Notes under the pieces: model-generated | The model's input: the letters and a program-made list of their open reading frames with translations, nothing else | Database searches by the model: none | Told to the model about the DNA's origin: nothing | Origin: Kineosporia mesophila | GTDB lineage: Bacteria; Actinomycetota; Actinomycetes; Actinomycetales; Kineosporiaceae | DNA: 24,000 nt | Direction of reading: 5' to 3' | NCBI RefSeq assembly: GCF_021129235.1 | Contig: NZ_JAJOMA010000006.1 | Span: forward strand, 111,580-135,579 | Translations under genes and position numbers: made by a program | Shown here: positions 1 through 7,266 of the stretch, piece after piece | How positions within the stretch are numbered: the first letter of the stretch is position 1 | Layout of the letters: every line of letters begins with the position of its first letter

Positions 1-26
1 CCGGGGTGTTTCCGGCGAAGCGGGTT

Positions 27-881
27 CTAACGAAGCGGGCGTAGGCCCTCGATCAGGGGCGTCGTCGGACGGCCGATGAGCCCGGACAGGTCGGTGGTGG
101 CCTCGGCAAGGGCGCCCTGGGCAATGTCGGCGTCGAGAGTGGTGACGAACCGAATGAGGTGCGGGTCGAGGCCGGCACCCGTGAGAGCCGCGATGTGGGA
201 TTCCCGGTCGAGCTGCACGAGCTCAACCGGGCGACCCAGCACCTCACCCATCACGGTCGCGAGATCGGCAAAAATCCAGGCCACGTCGCCGGAGAGCTCG
301 TAGACGCGTCCGTCGTGGTCACCACCGGCCAGCACGATCGCGGCGGCCTCGGCGTAGTCCGCGCGGGAGGCCGAGGCGACCCGGCCGGAACCGGCACTGC
401 TGAAAAGCTTTCCGGTCGCCTCCGCGTTCTTCAGGTGGGCCCCGTAGTTCTCGTGGTACCAGTTGTTGCGCAGGATCGAATAGGCCAGACCCGAGGCCCG
501 GATGAGGTTTTCGGTCGCCGCGTGGTCGGGCGCGACCAGGAGCACGGTGTCGTCGGCGTGCGGCGCCGAGGTGTAGGCGATGAAGCCGACCCCGGCCTGC
601 TGCGCCGCGGTGACGACGGAGCCGTGCAGGGCCACGCGTTCGCCGGACTCAGGACCCGAGATCAGGAGAAGCCGGTCGACACCGTCCAGAGCGGTGACCA
701 GGGCGGGAACGTCACCGTAGGAGGCGACGCGCACACCCACGCCCAGGTCAGCGAGTGCCTTGGCGCGATCGGCGTCGCGGACCACGACGACGATGTCGGA
801 CGCGGGTGTGCCCCGGGTGAGGAGGGCGTCGACGACGAGGGAGCCCAGGGCTCCGGTGGCGCCGGTGAGAGCGATGCTCAT
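27..881 (-). CDS. NmrA-like / atypical SDR NAD(P)-binding oxidoreductase
   Basis: Part of ORF 27..920. The Rossmann motif MSIALTGATGALGSLVVDALL begins at ATG 881 (cat at 879-881), giving about 284 aa. It is divergent from an HxlR regulator, which is a common pairing. Confidence 0.8.
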   Translation of the reverse strand: MSIALTGATGALGSLVVDALLTRGTPASDIVVVVRDADRAKALADLGVGVRVASYGDVPALVTALDGVDRLLLISGPESGERVALHGSVVTAAQQAGVGFIAYTSAPHADDTVLLVAPDHAATENLIRASGLAYSILRNNWYHENYGAHLKNAEATGKLFSSAGSGRVASASRADYAEAAAIVLAGGDHDGRVYELSGDVAWIFADLATVMGEVLGRPVELVQLDRESHIAALTGAGLDPHLIRFVTTLDADIAQGALAEATTDLSGLIGRPTTPLIEGLRPLR

Positions 882-940
882 GATGGTCCTTCGGGTTTTC
901 AGAGCCTCCCGGTGAGGCACTGAGAACCACGCTAATAGCC

Positions 941-960
941 TGAGGATATTAGGTTCCTCA
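941..960. promoter_or_regulatory. Inverted repeat TGAGGA-N8-TCCTCA in the NmrA-like/HxlR divergent intergenic region (possible HxlR operator)
   Basis: TGAGGA at 941-946 and TCCTCA at 955-960 were read directly. The repeat sits 17 nt upstream of the HxlR GTG. The operator role is inferred. Confidence 0.3.
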
Positions 961-976
961 AAGATACTATTGGACA

Positions 977-1381
977 GTGACCACGCCTTCGCTCGAGCGC
1001 CCCTTCGGTTCCGGTGCCGACGGGTTCCAGCCCTGCCCGATCACCCCGGTGATCGAGATCCTGTTCAGCCGGTGGACCACTCCGATCCTCTGGTCGCTTC
1101 ACCACGAGGGTCCGTTGCGGTTCAACGAGATCCGGGAGCGGCTGACCGGGGTGACGCCGAAAGTTCTCACGCAGCGGCTCCGCCAGCTCGAACGCGACGG
1201 GCTGATCACCCGCGAGCAGTTCCCGGAGGTGCCGCCGCGGGTCGAGTACTCCATCACCGAGCTGGGTCTGTCGCTCAGCCCGGCGTTCGGCGTCCTCGGG
1301 TCCTGGGCCGACGAGAACCTGTCCCTGGTCGCGCATGCCCGCGAGCGTTACGACGGGTCGGGGCGACCCCGACCCTCGTGA
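977..1381 (+). CDS. HxlR-family winged-helix transcriptional regulator
   Basis: GTG start at 977. The stretch CPITPVIEILFSRWTTPILWSLHHEGPLRFNEIRERLTGVTPKVLTQRLRQLERDGLITRE...PPRVEYSITELG is the typical HxlR signature. Confidence 0.85.
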   Translation: MTTPSLERPFGSGADGFQPCPITPVIEILFSRWTTPILWSLHHEGPLRFNEIRERLTGVTPKVLTQRLRQLERDGLITREQFPEVPPRVEYSITELGLSLSPAFGVLGSWADENLSLVAHARERYDGSGRPRPS

Positions 1382-1423
1382 CGCCCACAGGCGTCCACCA
1401 TTTGACCGATACGCTGCCTTCTC

Positions 1424-2089
1424 GTGACCTTGCGCGTGCTGGTGGCCGACGATCAGGAGCTGGTGAGAACGGGGTACGCGACGATTCTGTCGGCGCAGCC
1501 CGACATGGAGGTCGTGGGGGAGGCCGGCGACGGTCGCGCCGCGGTGAACCTGTCGCTGGAGCTGAAACCGGACGTCGTGGTGATGGATGTGCGGATGCCC
1601 GTGCTCGACGGCATCAGCGCCACCCGCGAGCTGGCCGGGCCCGGCATCGAGAATCCGGCGAAGGTACTGGTCGTGACCACGTTCCAGCTGGATGAGTACG
1701 TCTACGAGGCGTTGCGGGCGGGTGCCAGCGGGTTCCTGCTGAAGGATGCTCCGCCCAGAGAGTTGCTGAACGGTATCCGGGTCATCGCCTCCGGTGAGTC
1801 GCTGCTGGCCCCGGCCATCACGCGGCGGCTGGTGGGGAAGTTCGGCGAGCGCCTGCGGCCGACCACGGCTGTGCCGGCTGTGCTGGGGGCGCTGACCCCG
1901 CGCGAGGTCGAGGTGCTCAAGCTGATCGCCGAGGGCATGTCCAACGTGGAGATCGCCGAGGCCATGGTGGTCAGCCGGGAGACCGTGAAGACGCACGTCT
2001 CGCGCATCCTGACCAAGCTCGACCTGCGCGACCGGGTGCAGGCCGTGGTGTTCGCGCACCGCAATGGTCTGGTGAACGCCGGCTCGTAG
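1424..2089 (+). CDS. NarL/LuxR-family two-component response regulator (no cognate kinase in window)
   Basis: GTG start at 1424. The receiver domain has VLVADDQ, VVVMDVRMPVLDG and FLLKDAPP. The C-terminal GerE/LuxR HTH reads LTPREVEVLKLIAEGMSNVEIAEAMVVSRETVKTHVSRILTKL. Confidence 0.9.
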   Translation: MTLRVLVADDQELVRTGYATILSAQPDMEVVGEAGDGRAAVNLSLELKPDVVVMDVRMPVLDGISATRELAGPGIENPAKVLVVTTFQLDEYVYEALRAGASGFLLKDAPPRELLNGIRVIASGESLLAPAITRRLVGKFGERLRPTTAVPAVLGALTPREVEVLKLIAEGMSNVEIAEAMVVSRETVKTHVSRILTKLDLRDRVQAVVFAHRNGLVNAGS

Positions 2090-2209
2090 GGGTATCCCCC
2101 ACGAGAGCTACTCCAGGTGCGCTCTGTGGCGTGACGACCCAGAAGCTTCCGAAATCTAGATTTTTGATGTGACCAGGAGGCCACAGCAGACACCTAGCAG
2201 GAGGCTCCG

Positions 2210-3061
2210 ATGTTCGCTCAGCAGCTTCGTAAGACCCCGGTCCGACTGGTCGTCCTGGCGGTCGGCTTCCTGGCCGTGAACGCTCTCTTCATCGGTCCGC
2301 TCTCCGCGTTGGTCAAGCAGGGCAACCCGCTCGTGTCGCTGCTGACGCTGGTGCTGGGCGTTGCCGCAGCCTTCGCCGAGGTGTGGCTCTACCGCTGGGT
2401 GATCCGGAAGGTCGAGCACCGCGAGGCCACCGAGCTCGCCTCGGTCGACGTCGCCGCCCTGCGCCGCGGCACCCTGCTCGGCATCGGCATGTTCTCCGTG
2501 GTGATGCTGCTAATCACGATCTTCGGCGGCTATGACTCGCTGAGCTGGGGTTCGTTCTTCTCGGTCTTCGCCACCGCCGGCATGATGGCCGCCGTCGCCG
2601 TGATCGAGGAGATCATCTTCCGCGGCATCCTGTTCCGCCTGCTGGAGCAGATGACCGGCACCCTCGGCGCGATGATCGGCTCGGCCGTGGTCTTCGGTGG
2701 CCTGCACCTGATCAACGACCCAACCGCCTTCTGGGGCGCCCTGGCCATCGCGATCCAGGGTGGTCTGATGCTGGCCGCCTGCTACGCCGTGACCCGCTCG
2801 CTGTGGCTGCCGATCGGTCTGCACTTCGGCTGGAACTTCGCTGAGTCCGGCATCTTCGGCACCACGGTCTCCGGCTCCAGCAACAGCGGTAGCGGCCTCT
2901 TCCACAGCGTGCTCGACGGCCCGACCCTGATCTCCGGTGGTGACTTCGGCCCCGAGGCCACCATCTTCGCAGTCCTGGTCTGCAGCACCCTCACCCTGCA
3001 CTTCGTGCGGAAGATGACGAGCCTCTCGAAGACCGAGGCCCAGGAACTCGCCGTCGCCTGA
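2210..3061 (+). CDS. CPBP-family intramembrane glutamic endopeptidase (CAAX protease / Abi-like)
   Basis: ATG 2210 is preceded by AGGAGG at 2199-2204. The protein is multi-TM with the CPBP motifs EEIIFRGILF, FGGLHL and HFGWNF. Confidence 0.85.
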   Translation: MFAQQLRKTPVRLVVLAVGFLAVNALFIGPLSALVKQGNPLVSLLTLVLGVAAAFAEVWLYRWVIRKVEHREATELASVDVAALRRGTLLGIGMFSVVMLLITIFGGYDSLSWGSFFSVFATAGMMAAVAVIEEIIFRGILFRLLEQMTGTLGAMIGSAVVFGGLHLINDPTAFWGALAIAIQGGLMLAACYAVTRSLWLPIGLHFGWNFAESGIFGTTVSGSSNSGSGLFHSVLDGPTLISGGDFGPEATIFAVLVCSTLTLHFVRKMTSLSKTEAQELAVA

Positions 3062-3084
3062 CCCTCCCGCTCCACACCGCTTAC

Positions 3085-3118
3085 GGTGGCATTAAGGCCT
3101 CAGGGCCGAGATGCCACC
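3085..3118 (+). terminator. Stem-loop between convergent CPBP and MerR genes, followed by GCAGCGTTTTG
   Basis: GGTGGCAT (3085-3092) pairs with ATGCCACC (3111-3118). There is an inner GGCC/GGCC pairing, and a short T-run at 3124-3127. Confidence 0.35.
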
Positions 3119-3130
3119 GCAGCGTTTTGT

Positions 3131-3931
3131 CTACAGGTTCCGCTCCGTGTAAACCCTGAGCGCGTCCCTCACGTACTCCGCATACGGAGTCGCGTCGACT
3201 CCGGGCGGCGCGTAGCTCTTCGCGAAACATGGATCGGCCACGTACATCTCGCCGATCCCGATGACGTAGTCCCGGCTCGGCGCGGCCGTGATCCCCAGCC
3301 ACTCGACCTGCCGGCGGGCAATCTCCTGGGCGACCGCCCCGTCCACTGCTTCCTGATCATCGTGGGCCCGGGCGAAATCCCTGGCGATGTCGCGCATCTG
3401 CTGCCGGAACGGCGCCTTCTGCCCGTCGTCGAGCGACCGCCACCACCGGTCCCCCTTCTCGTAAACCTCCGGCCCCCACTGCTGCGTGACCTCGCCCCGG
3501 TACTGCGTGTGGTCGAACCCGTCGAGCACTTCCTCGGCCATGAGCGCCTCCCCTCCCCCGAGCTTGCGAATGGTCGTGCGGATCGACCGCACCTGCCGCC
3601 CGATGCGATCTTGTTCCTGCGCAAGCATTTCCAGATGCTCACGCAAGGCCGCCACCATGTCGGCCGACTCGTCCAGAGCCTCTTTGATCGCCGGCAGCCC
3701 AACCCCGTGCTCCCGCAGCAACAGAATCCGCTGCAACCGGACCAGCCCCCGCTGGTCGTACCAGCGCTGACCATTGCTCCCGGTCCGGCTGGGCACGAGC
3801 AACCCGACATCGCCGTAGTGCCGCAGGGTGCGACTGGTTGCACCGGTCAGCCGGGCTACCTCCTGGATGGACCATTCCGCCGTCAACGGGAACCGCGGTG
3901 GGAATTGACGTTGCGTCAATGTCAACGCCAC
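3131..3931 (-). CDS. MerR-family regulator with TipAS-like C-terminal antibiotic-recognition domain (TipAL-like)
   Basis: The HTH reads WSIQEVARLTGATSRTLRHYGDVGLLVPSR...RWYDQRGLVRLQRILLLREHGVGLPAIKEAL. The C-terminal domain resembles TipAS (QYRGEVTQQWGPEVYEKGDRWW...). The start is uncertain: GTG 3931 leaves 19 residues before the HTH, whereas in-frame TTG 3886 leaves only 4. Confidence 0.85.
   Translation of the reverse strand: MALTLTQRQFPPRFPLTAEWSIQEVARLTGATSRTLRHYGDVGLLVPSRTGSNGQRWYDQRGLVRLQRILLLREHGVGLPAIKEALDESADMVAALREHLEMLAQEQDRIGRQVRSIRTTIRKLGGGEALMAEEVLDGFDHTQYRGEVTQQWGPEVYEKGDRWWRSLDDGQKAPFRQQMRDIARDFARAHDDQEAVDGAVAQEIARRQVEWLGITAAPSRDYVIGIGEMYVADPCFAKSYAPPGVDATPYAEYVRDALRVYTERNL
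3905..3925 (-). promoter_or_regulatory. Dyad TTGACG-N3-CGTCAA abutting a TTGACA hexamer (minus strand), possible MerR-type operator/-35
   Basis: The dyad at 3905-3919 and TTGACA (minus strand, 3925..3920) were read directly. They lie inside the first 9 codons of the longest MerR ORF. No convincing -10 was found, so function is speculative. Confidence 0.25.
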
Positions 3932-3983
3932 GAACTGATGTCATTTGTGGGTATTTCCCAAATTAGGCACTATATGGATCGTG
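3932..3983 (+). promoter_or_regulatory. AT-rich spacer with a candidate promoter for the two-gene cassette, possibly giving a leaderless mRNA
   Basis: TTGTGG (3945-3950), an 18-20 nt spacer, then CTATAT/TATATG (3970-3976). The hexamer ends 6-8 nt before GTG 3981 / ATG 3984, and there is no clear Shine-Dalgarno. This is one of the most AT-rich stretches in the window. Confidence 0.3.
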
Positions 3984-4529
3984 ATGGTGGGCCGCGCAGG
4001 AGATGCGAACGCACTTCAGGGTGCCTTCGGCGAGCAGTGGCTCTGTATGGCCGCGGCCTCATGGGGCTACCAGTACGGGCGGCCCGCATTTCTGGACCTC
4101 GACAAAACAGATGTCCAGCTCTCCCTCCTCGGCGAACACTGGGGGTGCTACTCACCCACGGTTCAGATCCAGGTCAAGACCGTCAGCGGAGTGTCTGCCT
4201 CCGGAACCGAGATCTCGTACAGTCTCGATGTCCCCACTTACGACGTGCTCAGGCGCACCGACCACAGCATCAGACGCCTGTTGGTGGTCGTCATCGTGAG
4301 AGATGATGACGACCGGGCCCGCCTTCATGAGGATGGCTTGCTGGTATTGGCGCACGGGTACTGGATGTCTCTCGAAAGCCTTCCAGCCACAACGAATACC
4401 TCAACACGAGTGGTGCACGTCCCGACGAAGAACAAGATCGATGAGGAAGGGCTGGAGCGGATGCTACGAGAGAACGCCGCTCCCCGGTCCACGTCCGTTC
4501 CCGATTTCGACCCCTGGGAGATGGCGTGA
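3984..4529 (+). CDS. DUF4365-like PD-(D/E)xK (restriction-endonuclease-fold) protein, about 181 aa
   Basis: Part of ORF 3945..4529; I prefer ATG 3984 (TTG 3945 is the alternative). The motif layout matches my recollection of DUF4365: GAFGEQW (E17), LDLDKTDVQL (D40, D43) and TVQIQVKT (Q63-x-K65). The stop TGA at 4527-4529 overlaps the GTG of the next gene. Codon usage is atypical for this window. Confidence 0.7.
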   Translation: MVGRAGDANALQGAFGEQWLCMAAASWGYQYGRPAFLDLDKTDVQLSLLGEHWGCYSPTVQIQVKTVSGVSASGTEISYSLDVPTYDVLRRTDHSIRRLLVVVIVRDDDDRARLHEDGLLVLAHGYWMSLESLPATTNTSTRVVHVPTKNKIDEEGLERMLRENAAPRSTSVPDFDPWEMA

Positions 4530-5716
4530 ACGCCTCTCCTTCCACCGTGGATGGATTTCCGCCGCACTTCGACTGGCCACCACTCGACGAACTGAAGCAG
4601 TACCTGATCTCGACGAATTGGCAAGAAACGTCCCGCACGGACAAGCTCGTCATCTACCGATCCCCACTGTCCGAGGTGAGCACCGTCGTCCTTCCGGTAC
4701 ATACCGGATTCACCGACGTCGTCCAGCGTGTTTATGAGGCAGTTCGGGTTCTGTCGTGGACCGAGAAGCGCCCTGTCAGACAGGTCGTCGAAGACATTCG
4801 CAACGGTGGTGTGGACGGGGTCCTGGTGCGGACCCACCCGGAGGCCCCGAGCGGCCAGGCACCTCTCGGCTTCATCCGGATAGCCCTGCCGGCGCTGCGG
4901 GATTTTATCGCCGCTTCGGCATCGGCCACGCTACTTCAGATTCCGGCCCTGGTTCTGCCCAACCGGCGGCCGGCCCAGGCAGAATCCTATGCAGACCAGG
5001 TCATGCTCTCCACCGAGCCGGGAAGCTTCGTCTTCTCCCTTTCCCTGCCTCTGCGAGACGAGGCTCTGGAGAGCTCATCAGCATCCGACGGTTTGCTCGA
5101 CCTGGAACCCGTGCCGTTCGGGCGGCGTGTGCAGACCCGGATGGCCCAGGTCGCAGAGCGTGCCTCCGCCCTCGCCGAACAAGTCTCAGCTGGCCATGCC
5201 ACACTCCGCGCGTTCGCCAGGATGGAGCCAGGCGCGCCCAACGCCACTGAACTGGCAGCGATGTCTGCGCTCGGAGGTTCCGAATTTCATACGTACGAGA
5301 TGACATTTACCCGCTCCGCCCGATTCCGCTCACCGGAAACACCTAGTCATCTACGGATCACACCGGGGCAGCAACGCGTTCTGCACGAAGCCGCGGATTT
5401 TCTGCGCACGAAACAGCCACGCTCCAATGTGAAGGTGGTCGGTCTGGTGATCAGACTGTCACACGATACGGGGATGTCTGGCCCCGGTGAAATTACTATC
5501 TATGGCGCAGACGATGACACCGGCGCTCAACGCCGTTATCGCGTGGAGCTTGTCGATTCCGAGTATCAGCGAGCGGTTCTGGCCCATCGCGACGGACGGA
5601 TCGTTTCCATTTCCGGAGATCTTGTGATGCGCGGAAACCAGCGGCGCCTGGTCAAGACCACAGGCTTACAAGTCATGGAGCCGTCAGACGAGGAGTCGGA
5701 CTACTTGTTCGACTGA
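4526..5716 (+). CDS. Hypothetical 396-aa protein with no recognisable family, partner of the DUF4365-like gene
   Basis: GTG 4526 lies in a GTGA overlap with the upstream stop. It is a long uninterrupted ORF with non-low-complexity, structured-looking sequence: an N-terminal alpha/beta-like region, an Ala-rich helical middle and a beta-rich C-terminus (VKVVGLVIRL..GEITIYG..YRVELV..IVSISGDLVMRG). It has many A/T-ending codons, unlike its neighbours. Confidence 0.7.
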   Translation: MNASPSTVDGFPPHFDWPPLDELKQYLISTNWQETSRTDKLVIYRSPLSEVSTVVLPVHTGFTDVVQRVYEAVRVLSWTEKRPVRQVVEDIRNGGVDGVLVRTHPEAPSGQAPLGFIRIALPALRDFIAASASATLLQIPALVLPNRRPAQAESYADQVMLSTEPGSFVFSLSLPLRDEALESSSASDGLLDLEPVPFGRRVQTRMAQVAERASALAEQVSAGHATLRAFARMEPGAPNATELAAMSALGGSEFHTYEMTFTRSARFRSPETPSHLRITPGQQRVLHEAADFLRTKQPRSNVKVVGLVIRLSHDTGMSGPGEITIYGADDDTGAQRRYRVELVDSEYQRAVLAHRDGRIVSISGDLVMRGNQRRLVKTTGLQVMEPSDEESDYLFD

Positions 5717-5776
5717 ACTGCCCTGCCTGACCAGATGGCTTTTCCTATAACAAAACACGCTCGCCAGGACGCAAGG

Positions 5777-6385
5777 TCAGGCGGGGGGCCAGCTCTTCAG
5801 GGCGGCGTCGGCCACCTGCTGCAGTTCTTCGCGGGTGGCGCCGCCCGCAGCCTGGACCGCGATGCCGTTGGCCACGGTCATGACGTAACGGGCCAGCACT
5901 TCGGGGTCGGAGGTCGGGGGTAAGTCACCCTCGTCGACGGACTGCCGGAACCGGTCGAGAAGGGCCGCGCGGCCGCCGTCCCGCCACACCGCCAGCGTGT
6001 CGCGGACAACTCGCCCCGCTTCACCGGTGCTCAGCGCACCCTGCACGCCCATGCAGCCGGCGGGGCCGCCGGGCCAGGTACTCGAGCGGACCGACCCGGC
6101 GAGGAACATGGTGGCCACCTGCCGGGCGGTCGGCTGCCGCAGGGACTCGAAGGAGTAGGCCGCGGGGCCGACCGTATAGCGCTGCAGCGCCTTGAGAAAC
6201 AGCTCTTCCTTGTTCCCGAAGGCCGCGTACATGCTCTTGCGGGTGATGCCCATGGCGGCTTCCAGCTCGGTGAGGCTCGCGCCTTCGTAGCCCTGCTTCC
6301 AGAAGAGCAGCATGGCCTGCTCCAGGGCGTCGTCGGCGTCGAACCCACGCGGCCGACCGATCTGAGCCTTCTGGGGTGCGTCCAC
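5777..6385 (-). CDS. TetR/AcrR-family transcriptional regulator
   Basis: GTG start at 6385. The N-terminal HTH reads GRPRGFDADDALEQAMLLFWKQGYEGASLTELEAAMGITRKSMYAAFGNKEELF. Confidence 0.9.
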   Translation of the reverse strand: MDAPQKAQIGRPRGFDADDALEQAMLLFWKQGYEGASLTELEAAMGITRKSMYAAFGNKEELFLKALQRYTVGPAAYSFESLRQPTARQVATMFLAGSVRSSTWPGGPAGCMGVQGALSTGEAGRVVRDTLAVWRDGGRAALLDRFRQSVDEGDLPPTSDPEVLARYVMTVANGIAVQAAGGATREELQQVADAALKSWPPA

Positions 6386-6407
6386 CGCAGCATTCTAGCT
6401 CTTCGAA

Positions 6408-6455
6408 ACTGATCGGTGCAGAAGTGCTACATTCACGTTCAGCACTGATCGGTGC
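6408..6455. promoter_or_regulatory. Two copies of ACTGATCGGTGC 36 bp apart in the TetR/SDR divergent promoter region (probable TetR operators)
   Basis: Exact 12-mers at 6408-6419 and 6444-6455. The second copy sits in the imperfect palindrome GCACTGATCGGTGC (6442-6455). Confidence 0.35.
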
Positions 6456-6476
6456 CGAAAAAGACGGAGGTCAGAG

Positions 6477-7226
6477 ATGCGCAGGCTCGAAGGCAAGACA
6501 GCAGTTGTGACCGGTGGCGGTACGAAGGGAATCGGTCGGGCCACCGCGGCGAGGCTGGTGGACGAGGGCGCGCACGTTTTCATCTTCGGTCGGCGCAAGA
6601 ACGAGCTGGACGAGGCGGCCGGGCTGATCGGCACCTCGGTCACCGCCGTCCAGGGCGACATCACGAACCACGACGACCTGGACCGGCTGTACGCGGCGGT
6701 CGGCGAGCGCGGTCAGGGGCTGGACGTACTGTTCGCCAACGCGGCCACTGCCTCGTTCGGGACGATCGAGCAGATCACCGAGGAGGCCTATGACCAGGTC
6801 TTCGACGTCAACGTCAAGGGAAGCCTATTCACGGTGCAGAAGGCATTGCCGCTGCTCAATGACGGTGCCTCGGTAATCTTGAATGCTTCCACCGCAGCCG
6901 ATCACGGAGCGGTCGCCTTCGGCGCCTACTCCGCGTCCAAGGCCGCTCTGCGGACCTTCGCACGGGTCTGGGCCCATGAGCTGGCGGGCCGGAACATCCG
7001 TGTCAACGCCGTCTCACCCGGCCCGATCGACACCACCGGCATCAATGAGCTGGTCGGCGAGGAGAACGCGGCCGGCTTCAAGGCGAGCCAGGGTGCTGGT
7101 CTCCCGATCGGGCGCATCGGTCGCCCCGACGAGGTCGCCGCCGCCGTGGCCTTCCTGGCTTCGGCGGACAGCAGCTTCGTGATCGGGTCGAACCTCTACG
7201 TCGACGGCGGCGAGAACCAGATCTGA
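6477..7226 (+). CDS. Classical short-chain dehydrogenase/reductase (SDR)
   Basis: ATG 6477 is preceded by GGAGG. Motifs seen are TGGGTKGIG (cofactor binding), NAAT and YSASKAAL (the catalytic YxxxK). Confidence 0.9.
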   Translation: MRRLEGKTAVVTGGGTKGIGRATAARLVDEGAHVFIFGRRKNELDEAAGLIGTSVTAVQGDITNHDDLDRLYAAVGERGQGLDVLFANAATASFGTIEQITEEAYDQVFDVNVKGSLFTVQKALPLLNDGASVILNASTAADHGAVAFGAYSASKAALRTFARVWAHELAGRNIRVNAVSPGPIDTTGINELVGEENAAGFKASQGAGLPIGRIGRPDEVAAAVAFLASADSSFVIGSNLYVDGGENQI

Positions 7227-7233
7227 GACGCCA

Positions 7234-7259
7234 GGGGCCGTTTCCTTCGAGACGGCCCC
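7234..7259. terminator. GC-rich hairpin between convergent SDR and RTX-repeat genes (bidirectional terminator candidate)
   Basis: GGGGCCGT (7234-7241) pairs with ACGGCCCC (7252-7259). The stem is extendable by three more pairs around a CTTC tetraloop. There is no U-tract. Confidence 0.4.
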
Positions 7260-7266
7260 GGCAATC

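Noticed and set aside
932-2059. 375-aa minus-strand ORF spanning the HxlR and response-regulator genes
   Set aside because: It is antisense to two genes with clear family signatures. The sequence is R/G/H/P/Q-rich low-complexity, typical of shadow ORFs in 70% GC DNA.
3086-4306. 406-aa plus-strand ORF
   Set aside because: It is mostly antisense to the well-supported MerR/TipA-like gene and is P/R/L-rich with no motifs. Its 3' part is out of frame with the DUF4365-like ORF.
3932-5720. GAACTG hexamer present at both cassette borders (3932-3937 and 5715-5720) as possible target-site duplication
   Set aside because: Six base pairs is well within chance expectation, and no terminal inverted repeats or recombinase gene accompany it.
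5721-5786. Inverted repeat CCCTGCCTGACC ... GGTCAGGCGGGG after the 396-aa gene
   Set aside because: It has one mismatch and a 42-nt loop, and the right arm overlaps the TetR stop codon. It is too loose to call a terminator. I note it only as a possible weak structure at the cassette's right border.
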